63,020 nucleotides of DNA, from assembly GCA_033762115.1 (NCBI GenBank), contig JANRLX010000126.1:1-63020 (forward strand). Reading direction: 5' to 3'. This document shows, in pieces, positions 40,682 through 50,945 of the stretch. The position numbers and the translations under genes were made by a program. Under the pieces are notes generated by a model that was not told the origin of the DNA, made no database searches, and saw only the letters and a program-made list of their open reading frames with translations. The number at the start of each line of letters is the position of its first letter. The first letter of the stretch is position 1. The stretch comes from Verrucomicrobiota bacterium. Lineage in GTDB: Bacteria > Verrucomicrobiota > Verrucomicrobiia > Limisphaerales > SXQI01.

Positions 40682-41230
40682 ATGAAGACCAGTTCAGCTG
40701 CAAAAATCCTGCTGGAGCCGACCAACTCCACACCCACCGGCTTGCGCGATGTTCGGGGTCCTGTGGAGATCGCCAATCCCTGGGTATGGGCGGCCGCCGT
40801 TTTGGCTGCGGCTATCCTGGCGCTCCTTTGTTACTGGTGGAATCAACATCGCAAAAAGACCACTTTGCCTGAAAGCATTGCCACTCCCGCTCATCGTCGG
40901 GCTTTGGACCGTTTGAAAGCTGCCGAATCTCTTTTATCCGAGCCCAAGCCTTTCTGCATTTTGCTTTCTGACGTCATGCGTCAATACATTGAGGAACAAT
41001 TCAAACTCCATGCTCCGGATCGGACTACTGAGGAATTCCTTCAGGAAGTCCAAATGACCACCATCTTTTCCCGCGAACAGGAAACCTTGCTCGCGGAATT
41101 TCTTGCCATCTGCGATCAGGTCAAGTTTGCCAGGGAAGAGCCTTCTGAAGCTGAGTTGCGTCATTTGTTGCAGACGGCAGAAAAGTTTATCAGCGGTACC
41201 GCGCACATCCCGGAGACTGCCCAGACATGA
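40682..41230 (+). CDS. DUF4381-like single-TM protein of the bat operon
   Basis: LRDVRGP followed by a TM segment, then TTEEFL and DQVKFA; operon position. Confidence 0.8.
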   Translation: MKTSSAAKILLEPTNSTPTGLRDVRGPVEIANPWVWAAAVLAAAILALLCYWWNQHRKKTTLPESIATPAHRRALDRLKAAESLLSEPKPFCILLSDVMRQYIEEQFKLHAPDRTTEEFLQEVQMTTIFSREQETLLAEFLAICDQVKFAREEPSEAELRHLLQTAEKFISGTAHIPETAQT

Positions 41231-42222
41231 GATTTGCCCATCCATATCTGCTGCTGCTGCTGTTGTTGATACCTCTGGTCGCATGGCTGAAAAGCAAAAA
41301 GAACCTTCAAAGCGCGTTCATTTATTCCTCCGTGCAAATGGTCAAAGGGGTCGTGGGAATCCAGCGCGGCAGCGTCGGAAAGATCCTTTTGCGGATGCGC
41401 TGGCTCAGCCTTGCTCTCCTGATCATTGCCCTCGCCCGCCCCCAATGGACCGAGGGCAGCGCTCGAATCAAAGCCAGTGGCATTGATATTCTCATTGCTT
41501 TGGATCTATCCACCAGCATGGCTGCCGAGGATTTTGTATTGGAAGGTGAGCCCGTTAACCGCCTGGTGGTTGCAAAACGGATGATCGAGGAGTTCGTCCG
41601 CCAACGCGCCAGTGACCGCATCGGGCTCGTCGCTTTCGCAGGACGTGCTTACATTGCCGCTCCCCTGACTCTTGACCACGATTTTTTTCAACAAAACCTG
41701 AATCGCCTGCAACTGGGCAGCCTTGAGGATGGGACAGCGATTGGCTCCGGTCTCACCGCCGCCCTCAATCGACTGCGCGAGCTTCAAAGCAAAAGCAAAT
41801 TGGTTATCCTCATGACGGATGGGGTAAACAATGCCGGAAAAGTGCCCCCCTTGACCGCTGCAGAAGCTGCTCAGGCACTTGGGATCAAGGTTTATACCAT
41901 TGGAGTCGGCACGCATGGCGTTGCGCGCGTCCCCGCAGTGGACGTTTTCGGTCGCAGGGTTTATCGACAGGAAAAAGTGGAAATTGATGAGGAAACGCTT
42001 ACCGAGGTGGCACGTCGAACGGGAGGACGCTACTACCGCGCAGACAGTTCTGAAACATTGCGTAAAGTGTACGCTGAAATTGACCAGTTGGAAAAAACAG
42101 ATGCCGAGGTGAAGAAGTTTGAACGGTATCGCGAACTGTTCCATTGGTTTGCCTTGCCAGGGACTGCATTGCTCCTCCTGGAACTGATTCTTGCGAATAC
42201 TGTTTGGAGGAGACTGCCATGA
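41227..42222 (+). CDS. batA: BatA (VWA domain)
   Basis: Motifs MRFAHP, IALARPQ, DLSTSM, DRIGLVAF, GTAIG, LMTDG, YTIGVG. Confidence 0.9.
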   Translation: MRFAHPYLLLLLLLIPLVAWLKSKKNLQSAFIYSSVQMVKGVVGIQRGSVGKILLRMRWLSLALLIIALARPQWTEGSARIKASGIDILIALDLSTSMAAEDFVLEGEPVNRLVVAKRMIEEFVRQRASDRIGLVAFAGRAYIAAPLTLDHDFFQQNLNRLQLGSLEDGTAIGSGLTAALNRLRELQSKSKLVILMTDGVNNAGKVPPLTAAEAAQALGIKVYTIGVGTHGVARVPAVDVFGRRVYRQEKVEIDEETLTEVARRTGGRYYRADSSETLRKVYAEIDQLEKTDAEVKKFERYRELFHWFALPGTALLLLELILANTVWRRLP

Positions 42223-44171
42223 ATTTCGTCCTTCCCAAAATGCTGTGGCTTGGCCTTGCGGTTACGATTCTTCTTGGCGGTTTTCTCTGGTGGAGTTGGA
42301 GACGGAAGCAGTCATTAATCGAGCAATTCATCAGTGCGCGTTTGCTTCCCAATCTCGCCTGGGGAGTTTCCAAACCTGTAGAAAAAGCCCGCCTTGCTCT
42401 CGTCACCCTTGCTGCCCTGATTCTCTTTTTGGCCCTTGCCCGCCCTCAATGGGGTATGTCCATGGAAGAGGCCACTTTTCAAGGTCGTGATATCCTGGTA
42501 GCCATCGATACATCACGCAGCATGCTGGCTGATGATGTGAAGCCAAATCGTCTTCAGCGGGCGAAACTTGCTGCTCTGGACCTGCTTCGGGTGGCCAAAT
42601 CAGATCGGCTCGGATTGATTGCTTTTGCCGGCACAGCGTTTCTTCAATGTCCCTTAACGCTTGATGATGAAGCTTTCAGGCAAAGCGTCGAAATCCTCGA
42701 TGCTGGAATCATCCCCCAGGGTGGCACCGCCATTGGAAATGTTTTTACGACTGCATTGGAGACTTTTGAGGCGGAGGAACACGCCGGTTCAAAAATCCTG
42801 ATCCTGATTACTGATGCGGAAGATCATGAAGGTGGAATAGATTCAGGTACTGCCAAATTAAGTAAGGCTGGCATTCGTATTTTTACAATAGGTGTTGGCA
42901 CCGCCTCAGGAGAATTGATCCGGCAAACAGACCAGTCCGGCAAAGAATTTTTTCTCAAGGACGCCCAGGGAAATGTCGTCAAATCAAGGCTGAACGAAAG
43001 TCTCCTCACTAAGATTGCTGAGGATGGAGGAGGATTTTACTTGAATTTGCAGCAACCCGGCGCGATGGAACAGCTTTACAATCAAGGGATAGCTGAAATG
43101 GAAGTCACTGAAGGCAGCGCCAGGATGATTCAACGGATGCAGGAACGCTTTCAATGGCCGCTGGCCGTTGCCGTTCTCCTCCTCTTTGTTGAAATTCTGC
43201 TGCCAGGCTTCCGCTCCGTAAAATCTGGAGGCGCTGTTGCAAAAACGGTCGCCCTCCTGTTGCTGATCTTTAGCAGCGGGAATCTTTCAGCGTCGCCAGC
43301 CCAGGCCTATCGCGATTTTCAGCAAGGCCGTTTCGCTGAATCCCGTGCCGAGTACGAACGGTTGGCCAAAAAGAAGCCGGATGATCCGCGTTTTAACTTT
43401 AATGCCGGTTCCGCTGCCTATAAGGAGGGTTCGTTCGATTCAGCCATACGCCATTTTTCTTCCGTGACCGCCGCGCAGGATTTGGAACTTCAGCAAAAGG
43501 CTTACTACAATTTGGGCAACAGCAATTATCAACTGGGTGCTGCTTCAGATCCGGAACGGCAGATGGCCTTATGGGAGGAAGCCATCAAAAATTACGACTC
43601 CGCGATCAAACTCAATCCGCAGGACAAGGATGCTGCGCATAATCGTGAGCTTGTTCGTCGGCAATTGGAGGAATTAAAAAAACAGCAACAACAGCAGCAG
43701 CAACAACAAAACAAGGGAGAAAACCAGAAGCAAGACAATCAGCAACAGAACCAGTCAGAGGAGAACTCGCAGCAGCAGGATAAACAGGATAATTCTGAAA
43801 AAAAAGAGGAGAAGCAGGAGAAGTCCGATAATTCCAATGAAGATAAATCGAATCAACAGGAGCAGCAAAGCCAGCAGGAACAATCTGACCAGAATAAACA
43901 AAACGAACAGCAACAATCCGCGGGGAGTGAACAGCAAAACGCCGCAACAAATCCCGGAGAGGAAAAGGAGAGCCAGGCTTCCTCATCCGCTTCCGAGAAA
44001 CCTGGCGAAGAGGAACAATCTCCAGCGGCACAGATGCCTGTTCAACTTGGAAAAATGAACCCTCAACAGGCCAGGCAATTGCTTGAGGCCCAAAAAGGGG
44101 AGGAAAAAGTATTGCTCTTTGTTCCTCCTCAACAACCGCAAGCGCGGGAAAAAAGCTTTAAAGACTGGTGA
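42219..44171 (+). CDS. batB: BatB-BatC fusion (VWA + TPR + Gln-rich tail)
   Basis: Start ATG 42219; ALARPQWG, DTSRSM, TPRs (YYNLGN), Q/E/N-rich linker, ends in KDW. Confidence 0.88.
   Translation: MNFVLPKMLWLGLAVTILLGGFLWWSWRRKQSLIEQFISARLLPNLAWGVSKPVEKARLALVTLAALILFLALARPQWGMSMEEATFQGRDILVAIDTSRSMLADDVKPNRLQRAKLAALDLLRVAKSDRLGLIAFAGTAFLQCPLTLDDEAFRQSVEILDAGIIPQGGTAIGNVFTTALETFEAEEHAGSKILILITDAEDHEGGIDSGTAKLSKAGIRIFTIGVGTASGELIRQTDQSGKEFFLKDAQGNVVKSRLNESLLTKIAEDGGGFYLNLQQPGAMEQLYNQGIAEMEVTEGSARMIQRMQERFQWPLAVAVLLLFVEILLPGFRSVKSGGAVAKTVALLLLIFSSGNLSASPAQAYRDFQQGRFAESRAEYERLAKKKPDDPRFNFNAGSAAYKEGSFDSAIRHFSSVTAAQDLELQQKAYYNLGNSNYQLGAASDPERQMALWEEAIKNYDSAIKLNPQDKDAAHNRELVRRQLEELKKQQQQQQQQQNKGENQKQDNQQQNQSEENSQQQDKQDNSEKKEEKQEKSDNSNEDKSNQQEQQSQQEQSDQNKQNEQQQSAGSEQQNAATNPGEEKESQASSSASEKPGEEEQSPAAQMPVQLGKMNPQQARQLLEAQKGEEKVLLFVPPQQPQAREKSFKDW
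43683..43945 (+). repeat. Low-complexity CAA/CAG-rich tract encoding a poly-Gln and Q/E/N/S/K linker
   Basis: QQQQQQQQQNKGENQKQDNQQQNQ... within the batB/C fusion. Confidence 0.85.
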
Positions 44172-45901
44172 AACTTTCCTGTCCACTTTCCACGTTCAGG
44201 GTTGCGGGAAAACTTATTTTTCTGCTGCTTGCGCTGCTCATTGCTTTTCTGACGCAGCTACCTCTCAACGCTGCGGCGGGCGTTTCGGCCACGCTGGACC
44301 GGCATAACATAACCCTGGGTGAAAAGGCCACCCTCAGCTTGCGTTACGACAATCTCCAGCCACAAAGCGCTCCGGCCTTCCCTCCCCAGCCAGGCCTCAA
44401 GGTTGAATACATGGGCGCAGGTCGGCAGATGTCCGTTGTCAACGGAGTCCAATCCCAGGCAGTCATTCTCTCTTATTCTGTCACTCCGGGCAGAACAGGC
44501 GTTTTTAACATTCCAGCCTTGAAAATTCCTGTTGATGGAAAACTTTACGATACTCCTTCCCTCAAACTTTCTGTTTTGCCTGAAGATGAATTGGCTAATC
44601 AATATGCCTTTCTTCGCCTGATTGTCGGCAAGACAAATGCGTTTGTGGGTGAGGTAATCCCCCTGGAAATTCAAATGTATTATATCAATGCCCAGGATCT
44701 TCAACGCCCACAAATCAAAGGGGATGGCTTTACTTTGGGCTCATTGGTCGAAGGTGCACGGGCAAGAACCGAAGTTCAGGGGCAAATCTATAATGTCATT
44801 ACTTTTAAAAGCTGGGCCACCGCCGCAAAGGCAGGGGCATTGAATTTATCGTCCGAGGCAGCCGCCGTTGTTCGCGTTTCCCAGGCGCGCAAAAGTACCG
44901 GGGATCCTTTTGATTTGTTCGGTCCTCAATTTCAACTCCGCCCTTTGCAGCTTCACAGCTTGAACATTCCCGTTCAGGTTCAGCCATTGCCACAGCAGCA
45001 GGTTCCTTCCTCCTTTACCGGTGCAGTGGGTAATTTTTCAATGACCGTGAATCCTTCGGTCACGAACACAGCTGTAGGTGACCCCATTACGCTCTCCATT
45101 GAAATCAAAGGCTCAGGAGCGCTGCATGCCATTCAACTGCCCGAACTTCGATGGCCTGGATTTCAACTTTATCCTTCAACTTCAACCATCCAACCGGAGG
45201 ATGATTTGGGTATCTCCGGTTCAAAGACATTTGAGCAGATCATCATTCCTGAAGATTCCACCATTGTTTCCATCCCTTCCTTGGAATTTTCTTATTTCAA
45301 CCCGGAAACTCGCCAGTATCGAACCCTTAAAAGTCAGCCAATTCCCTTGCAGTTACGCCCCTCCCAAAACGTCGTTACGACCAATCCGAGGTCTGCTCTT
45401 CCAGCCGCCAATCTGCTCCCCGAGGATGACATTAACCATATTCAACCGACACTCGGCACTTTACAATCCTTCAACCAGGGGCTTTCAGGTTACCAATTTG
45501 TTCTCCTGAATTCTGTTCCCCTCGCACTTTTTTTGACAGTTCTTGCCTATCAAAAAAGGAGGGAGTCCCGTGCAGCCGATTTGCATGAACGGGAACGTGC
45601 GCTTCAAAAATCCCGCATCTCGACTGAACTCAAAAAGCTTTCCTCTTTAAGGGGAGAAGCGTTTTACGACTCTGTTTTTCGCATCCTTCAGGAAAAAATC
45701 AGCCTCCTCACAAGGGTGCCGGCGGCGGGCATTACAGAGCAGATCGTCACCGACCGATTGCAGGTCGAGGATTCATTGAAATCGAGAATCATTGAATTAT
45801 TTCATCTCTGTCATTCTGCCCGTTACGGAGGTGGTGATCCGGCTGACCCGGCAATCGTTGAAAATCAACTGCACGAAATTTTAACTGAGTTGAAAGAGTG
45901 A
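44168..45901 (+). CDS. batD: BatD family protein
   Basis: Motifs ATLDRHNITLGE, SVVNG, AFVGE, FTGAVGNF, VGDPITL; C-terminal TM segment; operon position. Confidence 0.88.
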   Translation: MKLSCPLSTFRVAGKLIFLLLALLIAFLTQLPLNAAAGVSATLDRHNITLGEKATLSLRYDNLQPQSAPAFPPQPGLKVEYMGAGRQMSVVNGVQSQAVILSYSVTPGRTGVFNIPALKIPVDGKLYDTPSLKLSVLPEDELANQYAFLRLIVGKTNAFVGEVIPLEIQMYYINAQDLQRPQIKGDGFTLGSLVEGARARTEVQGQIYNVITFKSWATAAKAGALNLSSEAAAVVRVSQARKSTGDPFDLFGPQFQLRPLQLHSLNIPVQVQPLPQQQVPSSFTGAVGNFSMTVNPSVTNTAVGDPITLSIEIKGSGALHAIQLPELRWPGFQLYPSTSTIQPEDDLGISGSKTFEQIIIPEDSTIVSIPSLEFSYFNPETRQYRTLKSQPIPLQLRPSQNVVTTNPRSALPAANLLPEDDINHIQPTLGTLQSFNQGLSGYQFVLLNSVPLALFLTVLAYQKRRESRAADLHERERALQKSRISTELKKLSSLRGEAFYDSVFRILQEKISLLTRVPAAGITEQIVTDRLQVEDSLKSRIIELFHLCHSARYGGGDPADPAIVENQLHEILTELKE

Positions 45902-46632
45902 AAATTTGTCAACTTATCATCATTTTGCTGCTGCTCGGCGGTTCCTCCGGCTATGCAGCCGAAAATCTTGCGGCTTCCTTTGAAAATGGGAATCGTGCCT
46001 ACGAACTCGGAAAGTTTGAAGAAGCAGTTAAAATTTATCAGGGAATCCTCAAAAATGGCACCTCTCCTGCCCTTGAATATAATCTGGCCAATGCCTTTCT
46101 CAAAGCTGACAGGATTGGGGAAGCTGTTCTCCATTATCGCCGCGCACTCCTCCTTGACCCTGGAATGCGCACAGCTCGGGAAAACCTCCGTTTCGCCCGG
46201 GAAAAAGCACAAGCTAATGGCTCCGCAAACTTCTTCGAATCTGTCAGCAAACCCATCCGCCCTTCAACGCTTGCCTGGGTCGCATCCTTTCTTTTCTGGG
46301 CGTGGCATGCCCTGTTAAGCTTTCGAAAACTTGTTTCATCCACCCGCAATCGATTTTCGATTCTTACCTCCATCCTTGGAATCTTCGCTCTAGCTTCAGT
46401 ATTTTGGTTTGGAACGGTTACCTACGCACGGCACCTGGCCCCGAATGGGGTTGTAACCTCCACCAACGCCGTCGCCAGGCTCGGGCCACTTGAAGAAGCA
46501 AAAGTTGCGTATCCTCTAACTGCTGGTTCAGAAGTTCAAATCATTGGAAATCATAATGGATGGTTTCAGGTCCGTAATTCCCGGCAGGAAATCGGCTGGT
46601 TAAATCAAGCCCAGATTCAACGACTCTTTTGA
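45898..46632 (+). CDS. batE: BatE (TPR + SH3b)
   Basis: FENGNRAY, YNLANA, ENL, two TM segments, C-terminal GWFQVR...IGWL. Confidence 0.88.
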   Translation: MKICQLIIILLLLGGSSGYAAENLAASFENGNRAYELGKFEEAVKIYQGILKNGTSPALEYNLANAFLKADRIGEAVLHYRRALLLDPGMRTARENLRFAREKAQANGSANFFESVSKPIRPSTLAWVASFLFWAWHALLSFRKLVSSTRNRFSILTSILGIFALASVFWFGTVTYARHLAPNGVVTSTNAVARLGPLEEAKVAYPLTAGSEVQIIGNHNGWFQVRNSRQEIGWLNQAQIQRLF

Positions 46633-46659
46633 TTCCCTGATCGGACAACACTGAGACCG

Positions 46660-46688
46660 TTGACGGATTTGCATCGTCCCGCCATGAT
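46660..46688 (+). promoter_or_regulatory. Putative leaderless promoter (TTGACG-17-CATGAT)
   Basis: Predicted +1 at 46695 is the A of an in-frame ATG. Confidence 0.6.
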
Positions 46689-46694
46689 ATGAGT

Positions 46695-47447
46695 ATGAAT
46701 TTCGATATTTCACATCTGCTGGATTCGTGGGATTACCACGCAGGGCAGATTGTGGTGCGAAAATTTCAGGCGAAGGATGGACGTGAAAAAATCCAGTTGC
46801 GCGTTGATCTGGGAATTCTCCAGATGAATGTCACTGGTCGGCCAGACGGCAAGCAACCTTTTGGGCACGAAAGCCTTCTGGAACATTTTGAATCCCGCCT
46901 GCAAAAGCATCGGGATGCTCATGATGGTTCAGATCAAGGGTTTAAGCTAAATGCGGAGGATTGCTCAAAACTCCAGCAGGAAGCCATCCAATATCATCAT
47001 CGCTACATTTGCCTCTACCAAATCAAGGATTTTGCCGGGGTGCTTCGCGACACACAACGCAACCAGCGGGTCTTTGCGTTTGTCGAACAATATGCTGAGG
47101 CTCCTGAGCTTGCCTGGGCTGTGCAGCAAATCGGTCCACAACTGCTCATGATGCAGGTGCGCGCCAAAGGCTCCTTACTGGTGGAATCAAGCGATTTTGA
47201 GGCAGCAATTGAAGCGGTCGAGCAGGGGCTTGAGGAAATTCGCGCATTTTTCAAAGAACATGCGCGTCCCGAAATGGCTGATCAAAGCGGGGAACTTCAC
47301 TCGCTTGAAACATGGATTCAGGAGCTTCGCTCGGCCAAGCCCCTTTCCGAGCGGGAAAAATTGGAAAACGAGCTTAGGGATGCGGTCAAACGTGAAGATT
47401 ACGAAAAAGCTGCGGAAGTCCGCGATGCTTTGAAAAATCTTCATTAG
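46695..47447 (+). CDS. UvrB/UvrC-motif (UVR domain) protein
   Basis: C-terminal LENELRDAVKREDYEKAAEVRDAL; N-terminal KIQLRVDLGILQM...GRPDG. Start is 46695 or 46689. Confidence 0.85.
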   Translation: MNFDISHLLDSWDYHAGQIVVRKFQAKDGREKIQLRVDLGILQMNVTGRPDGKQPFGHESLLEHFESRLQKHRDAHDGSDQGFKLNAEDCSKLQQEAIQYHHRYICLYQIKDFAGVLRDTQRNQRVFAFVEQYAEAPELAWAVQQIGPQLLMMQVRAKGSLLVESSDFEAAIEAVEQGLEEIRAFFKEHARPEMADQSGELHSLETWIQELRSAKPLSEREKLENELRDAVKREDYEKAAEVRDALKNLH

Positions 47448-47464
47448 CATCCAATTCGGTCAGA

Positions 47465-48664
47465 TTATTTCGCTTCAATCGATTTCAGCGCCGCGGCCAT
47501 TCCTGCAAAGTGCCGTTCGATGAAGTAGTTTTGCAAAAAATGCTTCCGGAGATCACGCCCAACATCCTGGCTCATCATCCGGATCAAACTGGAAGCAATC
47601 TGTTTGGGAGCGCAAATATCCACCAGCCCGCCGTAGCCTGCCGGCAGCACTTCGGGGATGCTTCTCCATTTTGTGGTAACCACCGGCACTCCCCAGGCCA
47701 TCGCTTCAAGAAGGATTAATCCAAAACTTTCCGCGAAATAGAATGTGGGAAAACAAAACAGGTCCAACCCCTTGAAAAATCGAAGCTTTTCCTCGCCATA
47801 CAGAAAACCGACATGCTGTACCATCCCTTCCAAATGAAGTTCGGCCACAAGCTGATCGTACTCCATTTTCTCGATGTCATTCAGGAATTTTCCAGCAACC
47901 TTAAATTGCATTCGAAAAGGAGAATGTAATGCCCTCAGCTGCTCATTCGCCAAAGCAATCCCTTTCACAGTGTCCAATAAACCTTTATCCCGCGAGCAAA
48001 GCCCCAGATAACCCACCTGAATCATGGTTTCGCTATTTCCTCCGTTCAATAAAGTCTCTTTGATCATGGCCATTCGCTGCTGCCGCAATGGCAAGACTTC
48101 CTGATCGAAATTTGGGCACGGATCCGGAATTCCATTCAATACGACTTTCGTCTCTTTGGAAAAAAATGCCTCGCCTTCAGTCATTGAAAATTTCGCTGTG
48201 ACAATGCTAAGTCTCGCTTTTCCCAAAGCACGCATCGTCAGTGCTTTTTCAATCCCGCTTGCCTCTTTTTGCATCCATCCACCCAACCCCGCGGCATGCC
48301 AATGCAATACCACATACTTGAAAAAGGGACGGCATAACAGCATGATCAGCCAGTCACGTCTGATCGCATTCTTCAATGCCGGGGCTGGAATATAATAAAA
48401 GGTATCAATTTGATGACGAATCCCCAATCGGATTGCCTGAAAACAGTAACCAAATAGCTGGATCAACTTCCCGATTCGAAAGCGGCCAATATCCTCCATT
48501 CCCTGGGAAAAACGGGCATCCACATGGTAGCACTCGATCCCATAATGGTTTGTTATCCCTTCCCCCTTTGAATGATCTCCGCCAAATGCCTCCAATAGCA
48601 ACTGCACGAGATAGCTCTGTCCATGGTGCGGTGGCGGAACATGTGCAAAGATCAAAACTTTCAT
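47465..48664 (-). CDS. Glycosyltransferase family 4
   Basis: Motifs PPPHHGQS, DKG, ESFGLILLEAMAWGVPVV. Confidence 0.92.
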   Translation of the reverse strand: MKVLIFAHVPPPHHGQSYLVQLLLEAFGGDHSKGEGITNHYGIECYHVDARFSQGMEDIGRFRIGKLIQLFGYCFQAIRLGIRHQIDTFYYIPAPALKNAIRRDWLIMLLCRPFFKYVVLHWHAAGLGGWMQKEASGIEKALTMRALGKARLSIVTAKFSMTEGEAFFSKETKVVLNGIPDPCPNFDQEVLPLRQQRMAMIKETLLNGGNSETMIQVGYLGLCSRDKGLLDTVKGIALANEQLRALHSPFRMQFKVAGKFLNDIEKMEYDQLVAELHLEGMVQHVGFLYGEEKLRFFKGLDLFCFPTFYFAESFGLILLEAMAWGVPVVTTKWRSIPEVLPAGYGGLVDICAPKQIASSLIRMMSQDVGRDLRKHFLQNYFIERHFAGMAAALKSIEAK

Positions 48665-49737
48665 GGTTCATCCCTTTTCCCGGCGAGTTGTTCGTACAGC
48701 GCGCAGGTTTTGTCCACGCATAAATCCCAACTCGCTTCTTTGGTGACCTGGTCTCGATTCTGTTTCGCTATTGCGGGCCAAAGATCCCGTTTTCCCAAGG
48801 CCATTTCCAAGCTTGCCGCAAGTGCATCTGGTTTTCCCGATGAGTAAAGGAACCCGTTCACTCCATGAGTAATCCAGGCGGAATTTGCGGGAATATCCGT
48901 TCCCACTGGAATGCTCCCGCATGCCATCGCTTCATTTAACGAAATATTATTTCCGTCGCTCAATGCCGAACTGACGAATAAGTCTGCTCTGGCAAGAAGT
49001 TCCGCTGCTTTCAGTTGCTCCACCCTGCCATGAAACGTCACCTCTTCTTTAATGCCCAGCTTCTCAGCCAGGACTTCCAGTTCCTCCTTCAACTCTCCAC
49101 TTCCTGCCAAATCAAGATGAAACCGTTTCAATACACCACGTTCCTTTAAAATATTGACCGCACGCAACACCGTGGGAATGTCGTAAATCGGTTTCAAATT
49201 CCGTGTCGAAACAATCCGGATGAAATCTGTATCGAAGGGAGCGGTTCGAAATTGAAAAATCGAGGTGTCCACCCCGAAAGGAATCACATGCAATCTCTCC
49301 TTCACAGCGCCCAGTTTCAGGACTGCCGGGCTCATATGTTCGGCCACCACAGTGATCGCAGCTGCTCGCTTGATTCCATAGGAGGTCAGAATGCGGGCAA
49401 TCTGAGATTGTTGCGGCGTGATCAAGACGTCACTTCCCCAGGCAGTCCCAACGAATGAGCTCACCTTTGCAGCCGCCGTAAGAAATCCATAGCTTGAAAG
49501 ATAATGAGCATGCACCACATCCGGTTTTAACCTCTTTACCACCTTCCGCAATGCCGGGATTGCAGCAAAGTATCCAGCTTTTCCCAGACCGAAGATCGGC
49601 AAGTAATGCACTGTGCCATCCATCGGTTTACCGCCATGCACCGTCGCCAGGTGCACCTCATGCCCACGCCTCGTCAGGGCAGTCATCCATCTTTGGGTAT
49701 GGATGCTCGAAGCTGGTGATGTTAATAGCACTTTCAT
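48661..49737 (-). CDS. Glycosyltransferase family 4
   Basis: Motifs HAHYLSSYG, WGSDV, PFGVD, DGNNISLNEAMACG. Confidence 0.92.
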   Translation of the reverse strand: MKVLLTSPASSIHTQRWMTALTRRGHEVHLATVHGGKPMDGTVHYLPIFGLGKAGYFAAIPALRKVVKRLKPDVVHAHYLSSYGFLTAAAKVSSFVGTAWGSDVLITPQQSQIARILTSYGIKRAAAITVVAEHMSPAVLKLGAVKERLHVIPFGVDTSIFQFRTAPFDTDFIRIVSTRNLKPIYDIPTVLRAVNILKERGVLKRFHLDLAGSGELKEELEVLAEKLGIKEEVTFHGRVEQLKAAELLARADLFVSSALSDGNNISLNEAMACGSIPVGTDIPANSAWITHGVNGFLYSSGKPDALAASLEMALGKRDLWPAIAKQNRDQVTKEASWDLCVDKTCALYEQLAGKRDEP

Positions 49738-49836
49738 CGATCAGGCGGGCTGAGTGAATAACAACGAACCTGCTGATTACTCAAGCCCGCAATGAAATTT
49801 TCCCACAGGAAGAGGGCCCTTTTAATCAACGAACCC

Positions 49837-50319
49837 TTACATCTGTTGCTCAGCCGACCTGATCAAATGAATGATTTCCTGGGGATCACCCGCCTTTAAA
49901 AGTGAGGTTCGCATCGCAGGGTTCCGCATTAACCGGCTGACCCGCGAAAGCAAAAACAAATGTTCAGTGGTTGAAGTCGGGGCAAGCAGAAAAAGAAGGC
50001 GCACAGGTTGTTTATCCACTGCCTTGAAAGGAATCCCTCCGGGATGTCGCCCAAAAATAATCCAGGGTTTCCGGGTTAATCCAAGGGTGGCTCTTGCGTG
50101 CGGGAAGGCCACCCCTTCACCCACAGCAGTCGTTTGAAGTTCTTCCCGCTCCTGCAAAGCCTTGCAAAAGGTCTCGAAATTCGGTGTTCCCGGTAAATCC
50201 GGCACCAACTCTGCCAATTCCCGCAAAACTCCAGACACAGTCGTTGCTTTGATCGATAAATTGATTGTGCGTGGTAGCAGCAATTCACTAATCCCGGCAG
50301 GTTTATTGGCTTCGGCCAT
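49837..50319 (-). CDS. PTS EIIA (Ntr/fructose-type) domain protein
   Basis: REELQTTAVGEGVAFPHAR (phospho-His), then HLFLLSRVSR. Start set at ATG 50319. Confidence 0.88.
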   Translation of the reverse strand: MAEANKPAGISELLLPRTINLSIKATTVSGVLRELAELVPDLPGTPNFETFCKALQEREELQTTAVGEGVAFPHARATLGLTRKPWIIFGRHPGGIPFKAVDKQPVRLLFLLAPTSTTEHLFLLSRVSRLMRNPAMRTSLLKAGDPQEIIHLIRSAEQQM

Positions 50320-50333
50320 GACTATCAAAGTTC

Positions 50334-50945
50334 TTACTTTATCGGCGTTTCAGCACAGAAATCAAATGAATCAACCGTTCGATATTCAGCGCCTCCGGGT
50401 GAGAGAATGCTTTCAACCAGGTCCATCCGTGAAATTTTTTGGGCGCCAAACGCAAGCCTGCTCGCTTCCATAGCCACAAATGCAGAATCACTGGCGCTTT
50501 TAGGCAGTCGCTCCTTTACCCGCCCCATGGTGACATGCGCCTTGAACTCCTTTTCCTCACGTACCGGAACAATCCCCCTGGTCCTTTCGAAAATGAGTTC
50601 TGACAGCTCCTTCAAAGCACCTTCATCTTCCAACCCGGCCCAGATCACCGCCGGACGTCTCCAGTTGGGAAAGGCTCCAACTCCTGAATATCGCACCTCA
50701 ATCGGTCTCCTGCCTTTTGCGACAATCCTTAGCGCCGCTGAAAGTTTCTCCACCTTCTCAAGCGGCACTCCCCCAAAAAATCGAAGCGTAACATGATACT
50801 GCTCCGGACGAATCCAGCTGACCCGCATTCCCGACGTAAATGGTTCCAGTATGGAACGGCCATGTGAAATTGACCTGGAAACTTCCTCTGAACAACGCAC
50901 CGCAGCGAACACTCTCATCAACTTCGCCGCACCCCGCTGCCTCAC
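50334..50945 (-). CDS. thpR: RNA 2',3'-cyclic phosphodiesterase (2H family)
   Basis: Two HxT motifs (YHVTLRFFG, AHVTMGR) and GAFP...VIWAG; the true start may be ATG 50918. Confidence 0.9.
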   Translation of the reverse strand: MRQRGAAKLMRVFAAVRCSEEVSRSISHGRSILEPFTSGMRVSWIRPEQYHVTLRFFGGVPLEKVEKLSAALRIVAKGRRPIEVRYSGVGAFPNWRRPAVIWAGLEDEGALKELSELIFERTRGIVPVREEKEFKAHVTMGRVKERLPKSASDSAFVAMEASRLAFGAQKISRMDLVESILSPGGAEYRTVDSFDFCAETPIK

